Of a stretch of 64,000 nucleotides of DNA, positions 19,050 to 28,524 are shown one piece after another. Position 1 is the stretch's first letter; every line of letters starts with the position of its first letter. The stretch is taken from positions 1,440,001 through 1,504,000 of the forward strand of contig CBDETK010000013.1 in the NCBI GenBank assembly GCA_965242865.1, in the 5' to 3' direction. The position numbers and the translations under genes are program-made. The DNA is from Candidatus Latescibacterota bacterium (lineage in GTDB: Bacteria; Latescibacterota; UBA2968; UBA8231). A model generated the notes under the pieces. It was not told where the DNA came from. It ran no database searches and was given only the letters and a program-made list of their open reading frames with translations.

Positions 19050-20117
19050 CTACTTCTGTGCAACCCTCATAAAACGTCTCACCTGTTCAGATGGGTTTGC
19101 GTAGTCAGACTCAAACGGGTCAGCGTCGTCGAACTGGGGGTTGATGACGATAGCCCCTTTGGTGTCAATAAAGCCCCACCTGTCGCCGATCTTTACATAC
19201 GCCAAGCCCTCCGAAAAATTCCCAGCGTCGTCGAACTGTGGGTTAATGACGATGGCCCCTTTGGTGTCAATAAAGCCCCACTTGTCGCTGACCTTTATAT
19301 ACGCCAAGCCTTCCGAAAAATTCCCAACGTCGTCGAACTGCGGGTTGATGACGATGGCCCCTTTCGTGTCAATGAATCCCCACTTGTCGCCGATCTTTAC
19401 ATTCGCCAAGCCTTCCGAAAACAACCAAGCGTCGTCGAATTGGGGGTTAATGACGATGGCCCCTTTCGTGTCAATAAACCCCACCTTCTCTCCGATCTTT
19501 ATACGCGCTAAGCCTTCCGAAAACCACCACCAAGCGTCATCGAACTGCGGGTTGATGACGATGGCCCCTTTCGTGTCAATAAAGCCCACCTTCTCTCCGA
19601 TCTTTACACGCGCCAACCCTTCCGAAAACCACCACCCAACGTCGTCGAACTGCGGGTTGATGACGTAGCGTCCTTTAGCGTCGATAAATCCATACTTGTC
19701 GCCGATCTTTACACGCGCTAAGCCCTCCGAAAACCACCAAGCGTGGTCGAATTGGGGGTTAATGACGATCTCCCCTTTCGTGTCAATGAATCCCCACTTC
19801 TCTCCGATCTTTACGCGCGCCAACCCTTCCGAAAACCACCAAGGGCCATCGAATTGAGGGGTAATGACGATCTCCCCTTTGGTGTCAATGAATCCATACT
19901 TGTCGCCGACCTTTATACGCGCCAACCCTTCCGAAAACCAGAGAGCGTCGTCGAACTGCGGGTTAATGACGTAGCGTCCTTTCGTGTTAATGAACCCGTA
20001 CCTATCGCCGATCTTTACGCGCGCCAATTTTTCAGGTTCAACTCGTTCGACTTCTTCAGAGTTAGAATGCGAAACAAGCAGGGTCAAGCACATCAGAGCG
20101 CATAGTATGGAGCGCAT
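19050..20117 (-). CDS. Secreted WG-repeat (KWG/WG_beta_rep) protein
   Basis: Nine GFI(D/N)(T/A)KG..VI.PQFD units, mostly followed by FSEGLA; signal peptide. Confidence 0.9.
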   Translation of the reverse strand: MRSILCALMCLTLLVSHSNSEEVERVEPEKLARVKIGDRYGFINTKGRYVINPQFDDALWFSEGLARIKVGDKYGFIDTKGEIVITPQFDGPWWFSEGLARVKIGEKWGFIDTKGEIVINPQFDHAWWFSEGLARVKIGDKYGFIDAKGRYVINPQFDDVGWWFSEGLARVKIGEKVGFIDTKGAIVINPQFDDAWWWFSEGLARIKIGEKVGFIDTKGAIVINPQFDDAWLFSEGLANVKIGDKWGFIDTKGAIVINPQFDDVGNFSEGLAYIKVSDKWGFIDTKGAIVINPQFDDAGNFSEGLAYVKIGDRWGFIDTKGAIVINPQFDDADPFESDYANPSEQVRRFMRVAQK

Positions 20118-20238
20118 GGTCGTATCCTTCTCGTTTGGGTTTAGAGTATCTTGCGTAGCAAGTTAGATTACGGCTGATTGCGTAGCAAGTCCGGTTGGTC
20201 CCCTCCCTCGCCTTCGATACCCACGCCCCCCGCCCAAT

Positions 20239-21021
20239 TCACTCCGGCCCCCCCGTCCAGCGTCTGAGCAAGAAGGAGCTCAAGCTGCCCACGGCCGTAA
20301 ACAGCCCCAAGCCGAGCAATGTGCAAAACAAAATGCAGGCGAACAGGTAGTCGGTTTTGGCTTGGCCGTTGGTGAGGATGATCAAGTAGCCGAGGCCAAA
20401 GTCTTTGGTGCCGTAGCCGGCGAAAAACTCGCCGACAATCGCGCCGATGACCGACAGGCCACTGGAGATGCGAGCACCGACGAGCATCTGGGGCACGGCA
20501 CCCGGGACGCGCAGCTTGAACAGCACCTGCCAGCGGCTGGCCTTGTTGAGCGCGAAGAAATCGAGGATGTGGGAATCGACGCGGGTCAGGCCGTCGGTGG
20601 TATTGGCGATGATCGGGAAGAGGGCGATGATGAAGGAGACCGCCACCACGCCTTGCAGACCGTAGCCGATCCACAGGATGATCAGGGGCGCGATGGCCAC
20701 GATGGGCATGGTTTGCAAGAAGATCGCGTACGGGTAGAGGCTGCGCTCGATGAGGCGCGACTGAGAAAACAGCAGGGCTACCAAGAAGCCAACGGCAAAG
20801 CTGAGGACAAAGCCCAAGAGCGCGCCCAAAGCCGTCAGCAGAGTAGCCGACAGCAGGCGCGGCAAGTTGTCGGCGACGGCTTGGGCCACGCGCCAGGGGC
20901 CGGGCAGCAGGAAAGGCTCGATCGCCAAGAGCGAGACCGCGCCTTGCCAAACGCACAGGACCAAGGCAAAAAACAGCAGCGGCGGCAGGGCGTTGGCCGC
21001 GAGGGAGCGCAGGGGTTTCAC
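20239..21021 (-). CDS. NitT/TauT ABC transporter permease
   Basis: QTMPIVAIAPL, FPIIANT..GL, GAIVGEF. Confidence 0.9.
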   Translation of the reverse strand: MKPLRSLAANALPPLLFFALVLCVWQGAVSLLAIEPFLLPGPWRVAQAVADNLPRLLSATLLTALGALLGFVLSFAVGFLVALLFSQSRLIERSLYPYAIFLQTMPIVAIAPLIILWIGYGLQGVVAVSFIIALFPIIANTTDGLTRVDSHILDFFALNKASRWQVLFKLRVPGAVPQMLVGARISSGLSVIGAIVGEFFAGYGTKDFGLGYLIILTNGQAKTDYLFACILFCTLLGLGLFTAVGSLSSFLLRRWTGGPE

Positions 21022-21758
21022 GGGTCGTCGGCGCGGGCGAGTTGGCGCGAAATCCCATTGACTAGGCGAATGAATTCAGGCGCGCTACGCAGGTACGGGG
21101 AGCGCGGATAGGGAAACGGAATGGGAATGTCGGCGAGGAGGCGACCGGGCCGCGCACTCAGCACGAGGACCCGCTGGCTGAGGAACACGGCTTCGGAGAC
21201 ATTGTGCGTGACAAAGAGGCCGGTCCAGCGGTCTTCCTGCCACAGGCGCGACAACTCCTCGTTGAGCCGCTGGCGGGTGATTTCGTCGAGCGCGCCAAAC
21301 GGCTCGTCGAGGAGCAGGATCTGGGGGCGGGTCACCAGCGCGCGGGCAATGGAGACCCGCATCCGCATGCCGCCGGAAAGCTGGGCCGGGTACGCCGCGG
21401 CAAAGTCGGTTAGGCCGACCAGATCTAGCGTCTGGGCGACGTGCGCGTCGTCGGCTTGGCGGCGCAGCTCCAGGGGGAGGGTAACGTTGCGCTCGACCGA
21501 GCGCCAAGGCAGCAAGGTGGCGTCTTGGAAGACGAAGGCGAGGCCGAGCGGGTCGTGGTCGCTGACGCGCAACTGGCCGCTGGTGGGCGCATCGAGCCCG
21601 GCCACGAGGCGGAGGAAGGTGGATTTGCCGCAGCCGGAAGGCCCGACGATGGAGACGAATTGACCGCGGCTAATTTCCAAATTGAGGTCGCGCAGGGCTT
21701 GCACCCCGGCGGGGAAGTGCTTGTCGAGCCCGGCGGCGACCACGAGCGGCGACTCCAT
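21018..21758 (-). CDS. NitT/TauT ABC transporter ATP-binding protein
   Basis: GPSGCGKST, LSGGMRMR, LLLDEPFGALD, FVTH. Confidence 0.93.
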   Translation of the reverse strand: MESPLVVAAGLDKHFPAGVQALRDLNLEISRGQFVSIVGPSGCGKSTFLRLVAGLDAPTSGQLRVSDHDPLGLAFVFQDATLLPWRSVERNVTLPLELRRQADDAHVAQTLDLVGLTDFAAAYPAQLSGGMRMRVSIARALVTRPQILLLDEPFGALDEITRQRLNEELSRLWQEDRWTGLFVTHNVSEAVFLSQRVLVLSARPGRLLADIPIPFPYPRSPYLRSAPEFIRLVNGISRQLARADDP

Positions 21759-22679
21759 TTAGCCTCGGGGGTGATAGGTTTTGTGGACCTCTTTGAGATA
21801 GCTGAGGTCGAGGTGGGTGTAAATCTGGGTGGTGGAGATGTCGGCGTGCCCCAACAGCTCCTGCACGGCGCGGAGGTTCGCGCCGCCTTCCAACAGATGC
21901 GTGGCAAAGGAGTGGCGCAGGGTGTGGGGGCTGATCTCCTTGCCGATGTGGGCGCCGGCCGTTTTGATGATCTTCCACACGCTCATGCGCGAGAGCGAGC
22001 CGCCTTGGGCGTTGAGAAAGACGTGGTCGGTCGAGTCGGGGCGGGCGAGGTGGGGGCGGCCCTGCCGCAGGTAGCGTTTGAGCGTACGGATGTCTTTGGC
22101 TGCAATGGGGACGATGCGCGCCCGCCGGCCGCGGATGCGGACGAGGCCGCGCGCCAGCAGCAGGGCGGCCTGTTGCAGCGCGGTCAGCTCGGAGACCCGA
22201 ATCCCGGTGGCGTAGAGCACGGCGAGGATGGCCCGGTCGCGCTGGCCCAGCGGCTCGTCCGCGTCGGGTGCGGCGAGGAGGGCGGCGATTTCCTCGACCG
22301 CTAGCACATCGGGCAGGCGGCGTTCTAGCTTGGGCGGATCGAGGTGTTCGGCCGGATTGTGCGACGCTGTCCCTTGCACCAGTAAGTACTGGTGGAAACG
22401 CTTTATCGAGGTGAGGTTGCGGGCCATGGTGGAAGGGGTCAGGCCAGCGTCGCTCAGGGAGTGGAGCAAGTGGGCGATGTGCTGGTGCTCGACCGCTTCT
22501 ACGCGCTCGACGCCTTGGGCGGACAGGTGGTGTAGATAGCGGTTGAGGTCGCGGCGATAGGCGTCGAGGGTGTTGGCCGACAGCCCATTGTCGCGCTCCA
22601 TGGCTTGGAGGAAGCGCTCGCAGGGCGTGGCTAAGGCCGCGGGCAGCGGCTGCTCAGGCGTGGTTTTCGGGCGGGCCAT
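21759..22679 (-). CDS. xerD: Site-specific tyrosine recombinase XerD
   Basis: LSANTLDAYRRDL, LYATGIRVSEL, ISPHTLRHSFATHLLEGGA.LRAVQELLGHADISTTQIYTH, HPRG end. Confidence 0.9.
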   Translation of the reverse strand: MARPKTTPEQPLPAALATPCERFLQAMERDNGLSANTLDAYRRDLNRYLHHLSAQGVERVEAVEHQHIAHLLHSLSDAGLTPSTMARNLTSIKRFHQYLLVQGTASHNPAEHLDPPKLERRLPDVLAVEEIAALLAAPDADEPLGQRDRAILAVLYATGIRVSELTALQQAALLLARGLVRIRGRRARIVPIAAKDIRTLKRYLRQGRPHLARPDSTDHVFLNAQGGSLSRMSVWKIIKTAGAHIGKEISPHTLRHSFATHLLEGGANLRAVQELLGHADISTTQIYTHLDLSYLKEVHKTYHPRG

Positions 22680-24492
22680 TGAGCTGGGCGAGCAAGGCGT
22701 CGGCCTGCTTGCGGCTGAAGCCGGGGAGGGCGGCGATTTGCTCGGCCGGCGCGGCCGCAATGCGCTTGACCGAGCCAAAGGCCACGAGCAGGGCCTTGCG
22801 CTTTTGCGGCCCAATGCCCGGGACGCGGTCCAACTTTGAGCTGAACGCGCTCTTGGCGCGTTGCTGGCGGTGGTTTTTGAGCGCGAAGCGGTGGGCCTCG
22901 TCGCGCAGCATCTGCAACAGGCGCAGGCTGGCCGAGGTCTTGGGCAGCAGCAGGGGCTCGCGCTGGCCCGGCAGAAAGACTTCTTCAAAGCGCTTGGCCA
23001 AGCCGACGACGGGTTGATCGGCCATCCCGAGCGCGTGCAGGGCGGCCACTGCGCTGGCGAGCTGGCCCGGGCCGCCGTCGATCAGCAGCAAGTCGGGCCG
23101 GGGCTCGTTGCGCTCGGCTAGGCCGCGGCCGCGGCGATAGACCACTTGGTAGATGGAAGCGTAGTCGTCGGGTTGGGCGAGGTCGCGGATTTTGAAGTAG
23201 CGGTACTGGCTGCGCTTGGCCCGGCCATCGACAAAGCAAACTACCGAGCCGACCGGGTGTTCGCCTTGGAAGGTGGAGATGTCAATGCCTTCGATGCGGC
23301 GGGGCGGCGCGGCTAGCTGTAAGTCGCGCTGGAGGGCATAGACCGATTGGGGGATGCGGTCGCGCTTCATCTCGCGCTTGTGCTGGCGTTCGGCGAGCAT
23401 TTGGGCGGCGTTTTTGGCGGCCATATCCAGCATCTGGGCCTTGGCCCCGCGCTGGGGGGTTGCCAACTCGACCTTGCCGCTGGCCTTTTGCGACAGCCAA
23501 GCGGCCATGGCGTCGGCGTCGGCTGGCTGGGCTGGCAGGTAAATCTCGGGCGGGACAAAGTCGCTTTGCAGATAGAATTGGCGCACAAAGGCCGAGAGGA
23601 TTTCCCCGTCGGCCGACTCCATGACCCCGCCGAGGAAGTGGTGCTTTTTGCCGAGCAGGCGGCCCTCGCGGATTTCGAGGACGCTGCAACAGGCTTCGTC
23701 GTCGCTGCGGGCCATGCCGAGGACGTCGCGGTCAACCGGGGCGTCGAGGACGACCTTCTGGCGGGCGCGCATGGATTCTAACGCTTGAATTTGGTCGCGG
23801 TAGCGGGCGGCTTTCTCGTAGCGCATGGCTTCGGCCGCCTCGGTCATGCGCTTTTGCAACTCGCGGGTCACTTCGGCGTTTTGGCCGCGCAAAAAGCGCA
23901 CGGCCCGCTCCACGGTTTTGCGGTAGTCGGAAGCCGAGACGAGGTTTTCGCAGGGGCCTTCGCAGCGCTTGATGTGGTATTCGAGGCACAGCGGCACCGT
24001 GTCGGAGGGCAGCTGGGCGTTGCAAGAGCGGATGGGGAAGACCTTGCGCAGCATGTCGAGGGTGGTGTGCATGGCGCGGACGTTGCTGTACGGGCCGAGG
24101 TAGCGCGAGCCGTCGCGGACCACGTCGCGGGTGGCGAAGATGCGGGGAAACGGCTCGGCGGTGATGCGGATATAGGGGTATTTCTTGTCGTCTTTGAGCA
24201 GGATGTTGTAGCGCGGTTTGTGGGTGTGGATTTGGGTGGCTTCGAGGATGAGGGCTTCCTGCTCGCTGCTCGTTACGATGTAGTCAATATCGGCGATGTT
24301 GCGGACTAGGGCCTTGAACTGACGCCGGCCATCGCCGCCCGAGGTGCGAAAGTACGAGCGCACCCGGTCGCGCAGGTTTTTGGCCTTGCCAATGTAGATT
24401 ATTTGCCCGTCGCGCCTTTTCATAATATAGACGCCGGATTCGGTGGGCAGGGCGTCGAGCTTGAGGCGCAAATCTTCGGAGAAGTCTTTCAT
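22654..24492 (-). CDS. uvrC: Excinuclease ABC subunit C
   Basis: GIY-YIG (GVY...IYIGKAKNLRDRVRSYF), PRYNILLKDDKKYPY, LIDGG.GQL, RDEAHRFA, HhH. Confidence 0.97.
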   Translation of the reverse strand: MKDFSEDLRLKLDALPTESGVYIMKRRDGQIIYIGKAKNLRDRVRSYFRTSGGDGRRQFKALVRNIADIDYIVTSSEQEALILEATQIHTHKPRYNILLKDDKKYPYIRITAEPFPRIFATRDVVRDGSRYLGPYSNVRAMHTTLDMLRKVFPIRSCNAQLPSDTVPLCLEYHIKRCEGPCENLVSASDYRKTVERAVRFLRGQNAEVTRELQKRMTEAAEAMRYEKAARYRDQIQALESMRARQKVVLDAPVDRDVLGMARSDDEACCSVLEIREGRLLGKKHHFLGGVMESADGEILSAFVRQFYLQSDFVPPEIYLPAQPADADAMAAWLSQKASGKVELATPQRGAKAQMLDMAAKNAAQMLAERQHKREMKRDRIPQSVYALQRDLQLAAPPRRIEGIDISTFQGEHPVGSVVCFVDGRAKRSQYRYFKIRDLAQPDDYASIYQVVYRRGRGLAERNEPRPDLLLIDGGPGQLASAVAALHALGMADQPVVGLAKRFEEVFLPGQREPLLLPKTSASLRLLQMLRDEAHRFALKNHRQQRAKSAFSSKLDRVPGIGPQKRKALLVAFGSVKRIAAAPAEQIAALPGFSRKQADALLAQLNGPPENHA

Positions 24493-24580
24493 CAGAAGGG
24501 GATGCAGGTTGACATAAGGCCACGAGGATAGGCGTTTTGCGCGGCCGTGTCAAGACGGGCAAACGACGCGGGTTGGGCGA

Positions 24581-26368
24581 CTATTTGAGCAAGAGCAAGC
24601 GCCGGGTTTGCTCGCCGCCGGGATAGCGCAGACGCACGAGATAGACCCCCGCCGCCAAGGCCGCGCCTCGTTGGTCGCGGGCGTCCCAGCGGACTTGGTG
24701 CGATCCGACCGCTTGGAACTGATCCACCAGCGTCCGCACGAGGTGGCCCAAGGTGTTGTAGATTTTTAGCTGTACTGAACCGGAGGCGGCTAGGTGGTAG
24801 GCGATTTGGGTGCTGGCGTTGAAGGGGTTGGGGTAATTGGGCGATAGGCCGCTGGTGGCTGGCTGGGCGGATGTTAGCTCGGGAGACGCGACCGCCGTTA
24901 TGACTTCTCGATAGCCAGGATAGCCGGGTCCGGGATGCAGGCCGTATTCCTCGCCATCAATACGCGCCCATATTAGTTCATCGTCCGTCGTGCTGGGGAA
25001 GAGTGAACCCGTACTACGGGTTTTAATAATGCCGATACCGCGCTGAAAGGTCTGAGTGGTGCCCCCCTCGGGTCCCGGAACTCCAAACGATCGCTGATCT
25101 GGGGCAGGTTCGCCAACCTTCCGTACAATCAAGAGGCCATACAACAGTTCGTGGAATCGCTGATCTATGTCCCAAGTCGGCGAGTCTGGGTCTGGATACA
25201 ATTCAGGAATGACGCCATCGAAGTCGTAGATTAGGAAATCCTCTTGGTCGGGATCTAAATTTTTGGATAAAGAAGATTGTTGGTACTGTTGGTAGTACTG
25301 AGACTCTCGCAGTTCGGGATGCTCGTCTATGGCCTGTAAGAAGTCGCGCATTTGTTCTGAGAAGTACGAATTTTTCCGAAACCAGATATCGCCGCTCTCG
25401 TCCACGCGGAAAGGCCCTCCGAGCAACCCCATACTCCAGTACTGTTTCCCCTCAATGATCTGACTCTCCAATACATAGGCGGTGGTATCCACGCTAGGCG
25501 GGCCCCAGCTATGTGTATGAGACGCCATAATCCAGATATTGCCTTCGTGGACCGGGAAAAATGGGCCTGAGCTATCTTGGGGAAAGGGAATGGGCTCGGG
25601 GATGACTATGTCGAGCGGCACTCCCTTGAGAAGACGCATACCGGTAGTGTAGTCACTAGTCCCAGGGTCGGAATACATAGAGTAAGCCGACGACGTGATA
25701 AAAGCATCATAGGCGTAGCTTCCTCCTCGTAGTATGCGGTAGTGGCCCGATATGGGACCTGACGGATCTGTCTGCGGCGTGCCAGTGCCATCGTAGAAAC
25801 TATAATTATACCAGTCGTGTACCCACTCCTCAGTGTTTCCGTACATGTCAAACAGCCCCCAAGGATTGGGAAGTTTCGCGCCAACGGACTGAACTCCGGC
25901 ATCCTTGGCGTTGGCTTTGTACCACGCATAAGATGCCAGCAGGCTCTCGTCATCTCCAAAGAACCAGCGCGTCGTCGTGCCCGCCCGGCAGGCATACTCC
26001 CACTCAGCTTCGGTGGGCAGGCGATAGGCGTCCTCGCCAAAGTGGTCGTTTAGCCTTTGGGCAAAGGTCTGTGCATCGTACCAAGTAAGGCCGAAGGCAG
26101 GATGCCTGGGGCCTTGGTAGTTGCTCGGCGCAGACGACCACGGCGCAGTGCCCATGACCGCCTGCCATTGCTCTTGGGTGATCTCGTACTTGCCTAGGTA
26201 GAAGCCCTGAGAGATCGTCACTTCTCTCAGCGGCCATTCCATAGTGAAGCTGCCCGGTTCGATCCACACCATTTCTAGCGGCACTCCACTCGGCAACTCA
26301 ATGGTGGTTTCGTCGTTGGCTTGCCCCAGCGTTGCCGACAGGAAAATGAGCGCGATTACCCGTTTCAT
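24581..26368 (-). CDS. Secreted FGE-sulfatase (SUMF1/C-type-lectin-fold) domain protein with C-terminal FlgD-Ig sorting domain
   Basis: YRLPTEAEWEYACRAG, PNPWGLFDMYGN..EWVHD, RGGS; C-terminal NYPNPFN...WDARD. Confidence 0.85.
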   Translation of the reverse strand: MKRVIALIFLSATLGQANDETTIELPSGVPLEMVWIEPGSFTMEWPLREVTISQGFYLGKYEITQEQWQAVMGTAPWSSAPSNYQGPRHPAFGLTWYDAQTFAQRLNDHFGEDAYRLPTEAEWEYACRAGTTTRWFFGDDESLLASYAWYKANAKDAGVQSVGAKLPNPWGLFDMYGNTEEWVHDWYNYSFYDGTGTPQTDPSGPISGHYRILRGGSYAYDAFITSSAYSMYSDPGTSDYTTGMRLLKGVPLDIVIPEPIPFPQDSSGPFFPVHEGNIWIMASHTHSWGPPSVDTTAYVLESQIIEGKQYWSMGLLGGPFRVDESGDIWFRKNSYFSEQMRDFLQAIDEHPELRESQYYQQYQQSSLSKNLDPDQEDFLIYDFDGVIPELYPDPDSPTWDIDQRFHELLYGLLIVRKVGEPAPDQRSFGVPGPEGGTTQTFQRGIGIIKTRSTGSLFPSTTDDELIWARIDGEEYGLHPGPGYPGYREVITAVASPELTSAQPATSGLSPNYPNPFNASTQIAYHLAASGSVQLKIYNTLGHLVRTLVDQFQAVGSHQVRWDARDQRGAALAAGVYLVRLRYPGGEQTRRLLLLK

Positions 26369-26616
26369 CTAGGCCTCCTTGGAAAGGGGCGATCATTGGA
26401 ATTTACGTTCTCGCAATCGGCTTGGATCGCTTCAGCCATCTTGTCCAAATCTGCTCTATCTATTGTGCCAGCAAAGCGCAGTAGCGTCTTGCCGGGCACG
26501 CCTGTCATCTCGGACTTTGCTAACGAACGCACGAATTCCAGCACCTCTGCTTGTTGGCCTTTTTCCAATTTATGAATCTCGTCGAGAATCTCTTGTTTTA
26601 CAGACGTAGCTTCCAT
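26365..26616 (-). CDS. DUF2281-like antitoxin, cognate toxin absent
   Basis: EI.KL...QQAEVLEFVRSL...GVPGK.LLRFAGTI...DL..M..AI...CE pattern; GGAGG RBS. Confidence 0.65.
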   Translation of the reverse strand: MEATSVKQEILDEIHKLEKGQQAEVLEFVRSLAKSEMTGVPGKTLLRFAGTIDRADLDKMAEAIQADCENVNSNDRPFPRRPR

Positions 26617-26642
26617 TTTTTGCCCTCCGCGTTCGCGAAAAT

Positions 26643-26671
26643 AGTGTACAGCGTTATTAACGCTTTGGCGA
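26643..26671 (-). promoter_or_regulatory. Putative sigma70 promoter with palindromic operator in the spacer
   Basis: Minus strand TCGCCA-N17-TACACT; spacer contains AGCGTTA-A-TAACGCT (26650-26664). Confidence 0.45.
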
Positions 26672-26705
26672 ACTTGCGTTCACAAGCTATGCCCTATACC
26701 GGCAC

Positions 26706-28502
26706 TTACTTGAGCAGGGCAGTCCGTCGGGTTTGCTCGCCGCCGGGATAGCGCAGACGCACGAGATAGACCCCCGCCGCCAAGGCCGCGCCTTGTTGGT
26801 CGCTGGCGTCCCAGCGGACTTGGTGCGATCCGATGGCTTGGAACTGATCCACCAGCGTCCGCACGGGGTGGCCCAAGGTGTTGTAGATTTTTAGCTGTAC
26901 TGGACCGGAGGCGGCTAGGTGGTAGGCGATTTGGGTGCTGGCGTTGAAGGGGTTGGGGTAATTGGGCGATAGGCCGCTGGTGGTCGGCAAGCTCTGAGAT
27001 ACTGCTTCCATCGAGGTAGCGGTCGCATGGGACGCGCTCGGGACGTCTGGGCAAAGCGGCAGGTCATCGGCCCACTCGGCCAAGGCCTCCGGTACACAGG
27101 TCAACCGATTGGAGTAGAGGTTTAACAGCTTGAGCTTTGTTAGTTGACCCAACCCCGGAGGGATCGTCCCGGTCAGCGCGTTATGGCCGAGAATCAACCC
27201 CTTTAGCTCCCTTAGTTTAGCCAGTTCGGGGGGTATCGTCCCGGTCAACTCGTTGTTGTGGAGGCTCAACGCCCTGAGTTGGGTCAACTGACCCAGTTCG
27301 GGTGGGATCGTCCCGGTCAAGGCGTTGTCGCCAAGCCATAGACTTTCCAGATGATTTATTTGGCCCACCTCTGGAGGAATTGGACCTATTAACTGATTGG
27401 TGTCCAAGTTCAGTCGCACGAGTTTGGTCAATGTTGCCAGTTCGGGTGGTATCGTCCCAGTTAAGGCGTTGTCGTTAAGAGACAGATTCTTCAAGTGGAG
27501 CAGTTGGCCTAACTCAGGGGGTATCGTTTGGGTCAGGGCGTTTCCATTGAGGGCCAAATGCTGCAAGTGGCCTAGCTGGCCTAACTCGGCGGGGATCGCC
27601 CCGGTCAGGGCGTTGTCGTTGAGGGCCAAATGCTCCAAGCGGCCTAGCTGGCCCACCGCTGGCGGGATCGCCCCGGTCAGCCCATTGTAGCCGAGGAACA
27701 ACCACTTCAATTCGCTTAGTTGACCCAATTCGGGGGGGATCGCCCCGGTCAGTTCATTGAATTCGAGAGCCAGCACCTTGAGTTGCGTCAGTTGTCCCAA
27801 CTCCGGGGGGATCGTCCCGGTCAGGGTGTTGCCGTGGAGGAGCAACCCCGTCAGTTCGCTCAGTTGGGCCAACTTAGGCGAAATCGTCCCCATCAAGTGC
27901 CGGGCACCGAGAACCAATTCCGTGACGCGACCATTGCGTACTGTAACGCCGACCCAGTCGCTGATCGGTATGTCCGCGCTCCAGTTCAAGGGGGTTCCTC
28001 TGAGCCCGGCCAGACTGTCGCGTACGGCCAAGAGCACTTCGCAGTCTTTCACCAAGCCTCGATTCTCTTGCGGCTCGGGCACGGCAATGCCGTTGGCGCA
28101 TAGAGCCGCGAGATAGATTGCTGGGAGAGGTTCTCCAATTTCGCTTCTAACGCTAACCCTCCCTTGGAAGAACCGCGCCATTTCCTTCAAGGACACGTAG
28201 TTCAAGTGTGCCAGTCTTATTACATCACTGGACTCATCATCGCGGCCAACTCGCAGCGAGGTCGGTGCTTTATGTCCGCCGGTATCGTAGCGGGCGTAGT
28301 AATAGTACCCAGTGCTCTGATTCTGAACTACATAGCCCTTTTCTGTGGATGCGTAGTGTCCAAATTCGTCCACTAATTCGTTTACGATAAAGCGGGTCCC
28401 ATCCGGCTGAACCACGATCCGAGAGCCTAAGTCAAAAGGGACTGCCGAGGCGGACTGGACAGAGCAGGAGAGGACGAAAGCGATTATACCATTTCGCGCC
28501 AT
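26706..28502 (-). CDS. Secreted plant-type LRR protein with N-terminal M6-protease-like propeptide and C-terminal FlgD-Ig domain
   Basis: 24-aa LxxNxLTGxIPPELGQL repeats; W.GVT...GRVTEL cap; QPDG..DE..H...T..GY....G.YYYA N-terminus; NYPNPFN C-terminus. Confidence 0.88.
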   Translation of the reverse strand: MARNGIIAFVLSCSVQSASAVPFDLGSRIVVQPDGTRFIVNELVDEFGHYASTEKGYVVQNQSTGYYYYARYDTGGHKAPTSLRVGRDDESSDVIRLAHLNYVSLKEMARFFQGRVSVRSEIGEPLPAIYLAALCANGIAVPEPQENRGLVKDCEVLLAVRDSLAGLRGTPLNWSADIPISDWVGVTVRNGRVTELVLGARHLMGTISPKLAQLSELTGLLLHGNTLTGTIPPELGQLTQLKVLALEFNELTGAIPPELGQLSELKWLFLGYNGLTGAIPPAVGQLGRLEHLALNDNALTGAIPAELGQLGHLQHLALNGNALTQTIPPELGQLLHLKNLSLNDNALTGTIPPELATLTKLVRLNLDTNQLIGPIPPEVGQINHLESLWLGDNALTGTIPPELGQLTQLRALSLHNNELTGTIPPELAKLRELKGLILGHNALTGTIPPGLGQLTKLKLLNLYSNRLTCVPEALAEWADDLPLCPDVPSASHATATSMEAVSQSLPTTSGLSPNYPNPFNASTQIAYHLAASGPVQLKIYNTLGHPVRTLVDQFQAIGSHQVRWDASDQQGAALAAGVYLVRLRYPGGEQTRRTALLK

Positions 28503-28524
28503 TGCGGATTCCTCCCGGTCGGCG

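Noticed and set aside
21759-22679. Prophage or island integrase
   Set aside because: The motifs are XerD-like and the gene overlaps uvrC in a housekeeping run.
25620-25740. Diversity-generating retroelement variable region in the FGE-sulfatase domain
   Set aside because: No reverse transcriptase and no adenine-variant template repeat were seen in the window; trans-targeting from elsewhere cannot be excluded.
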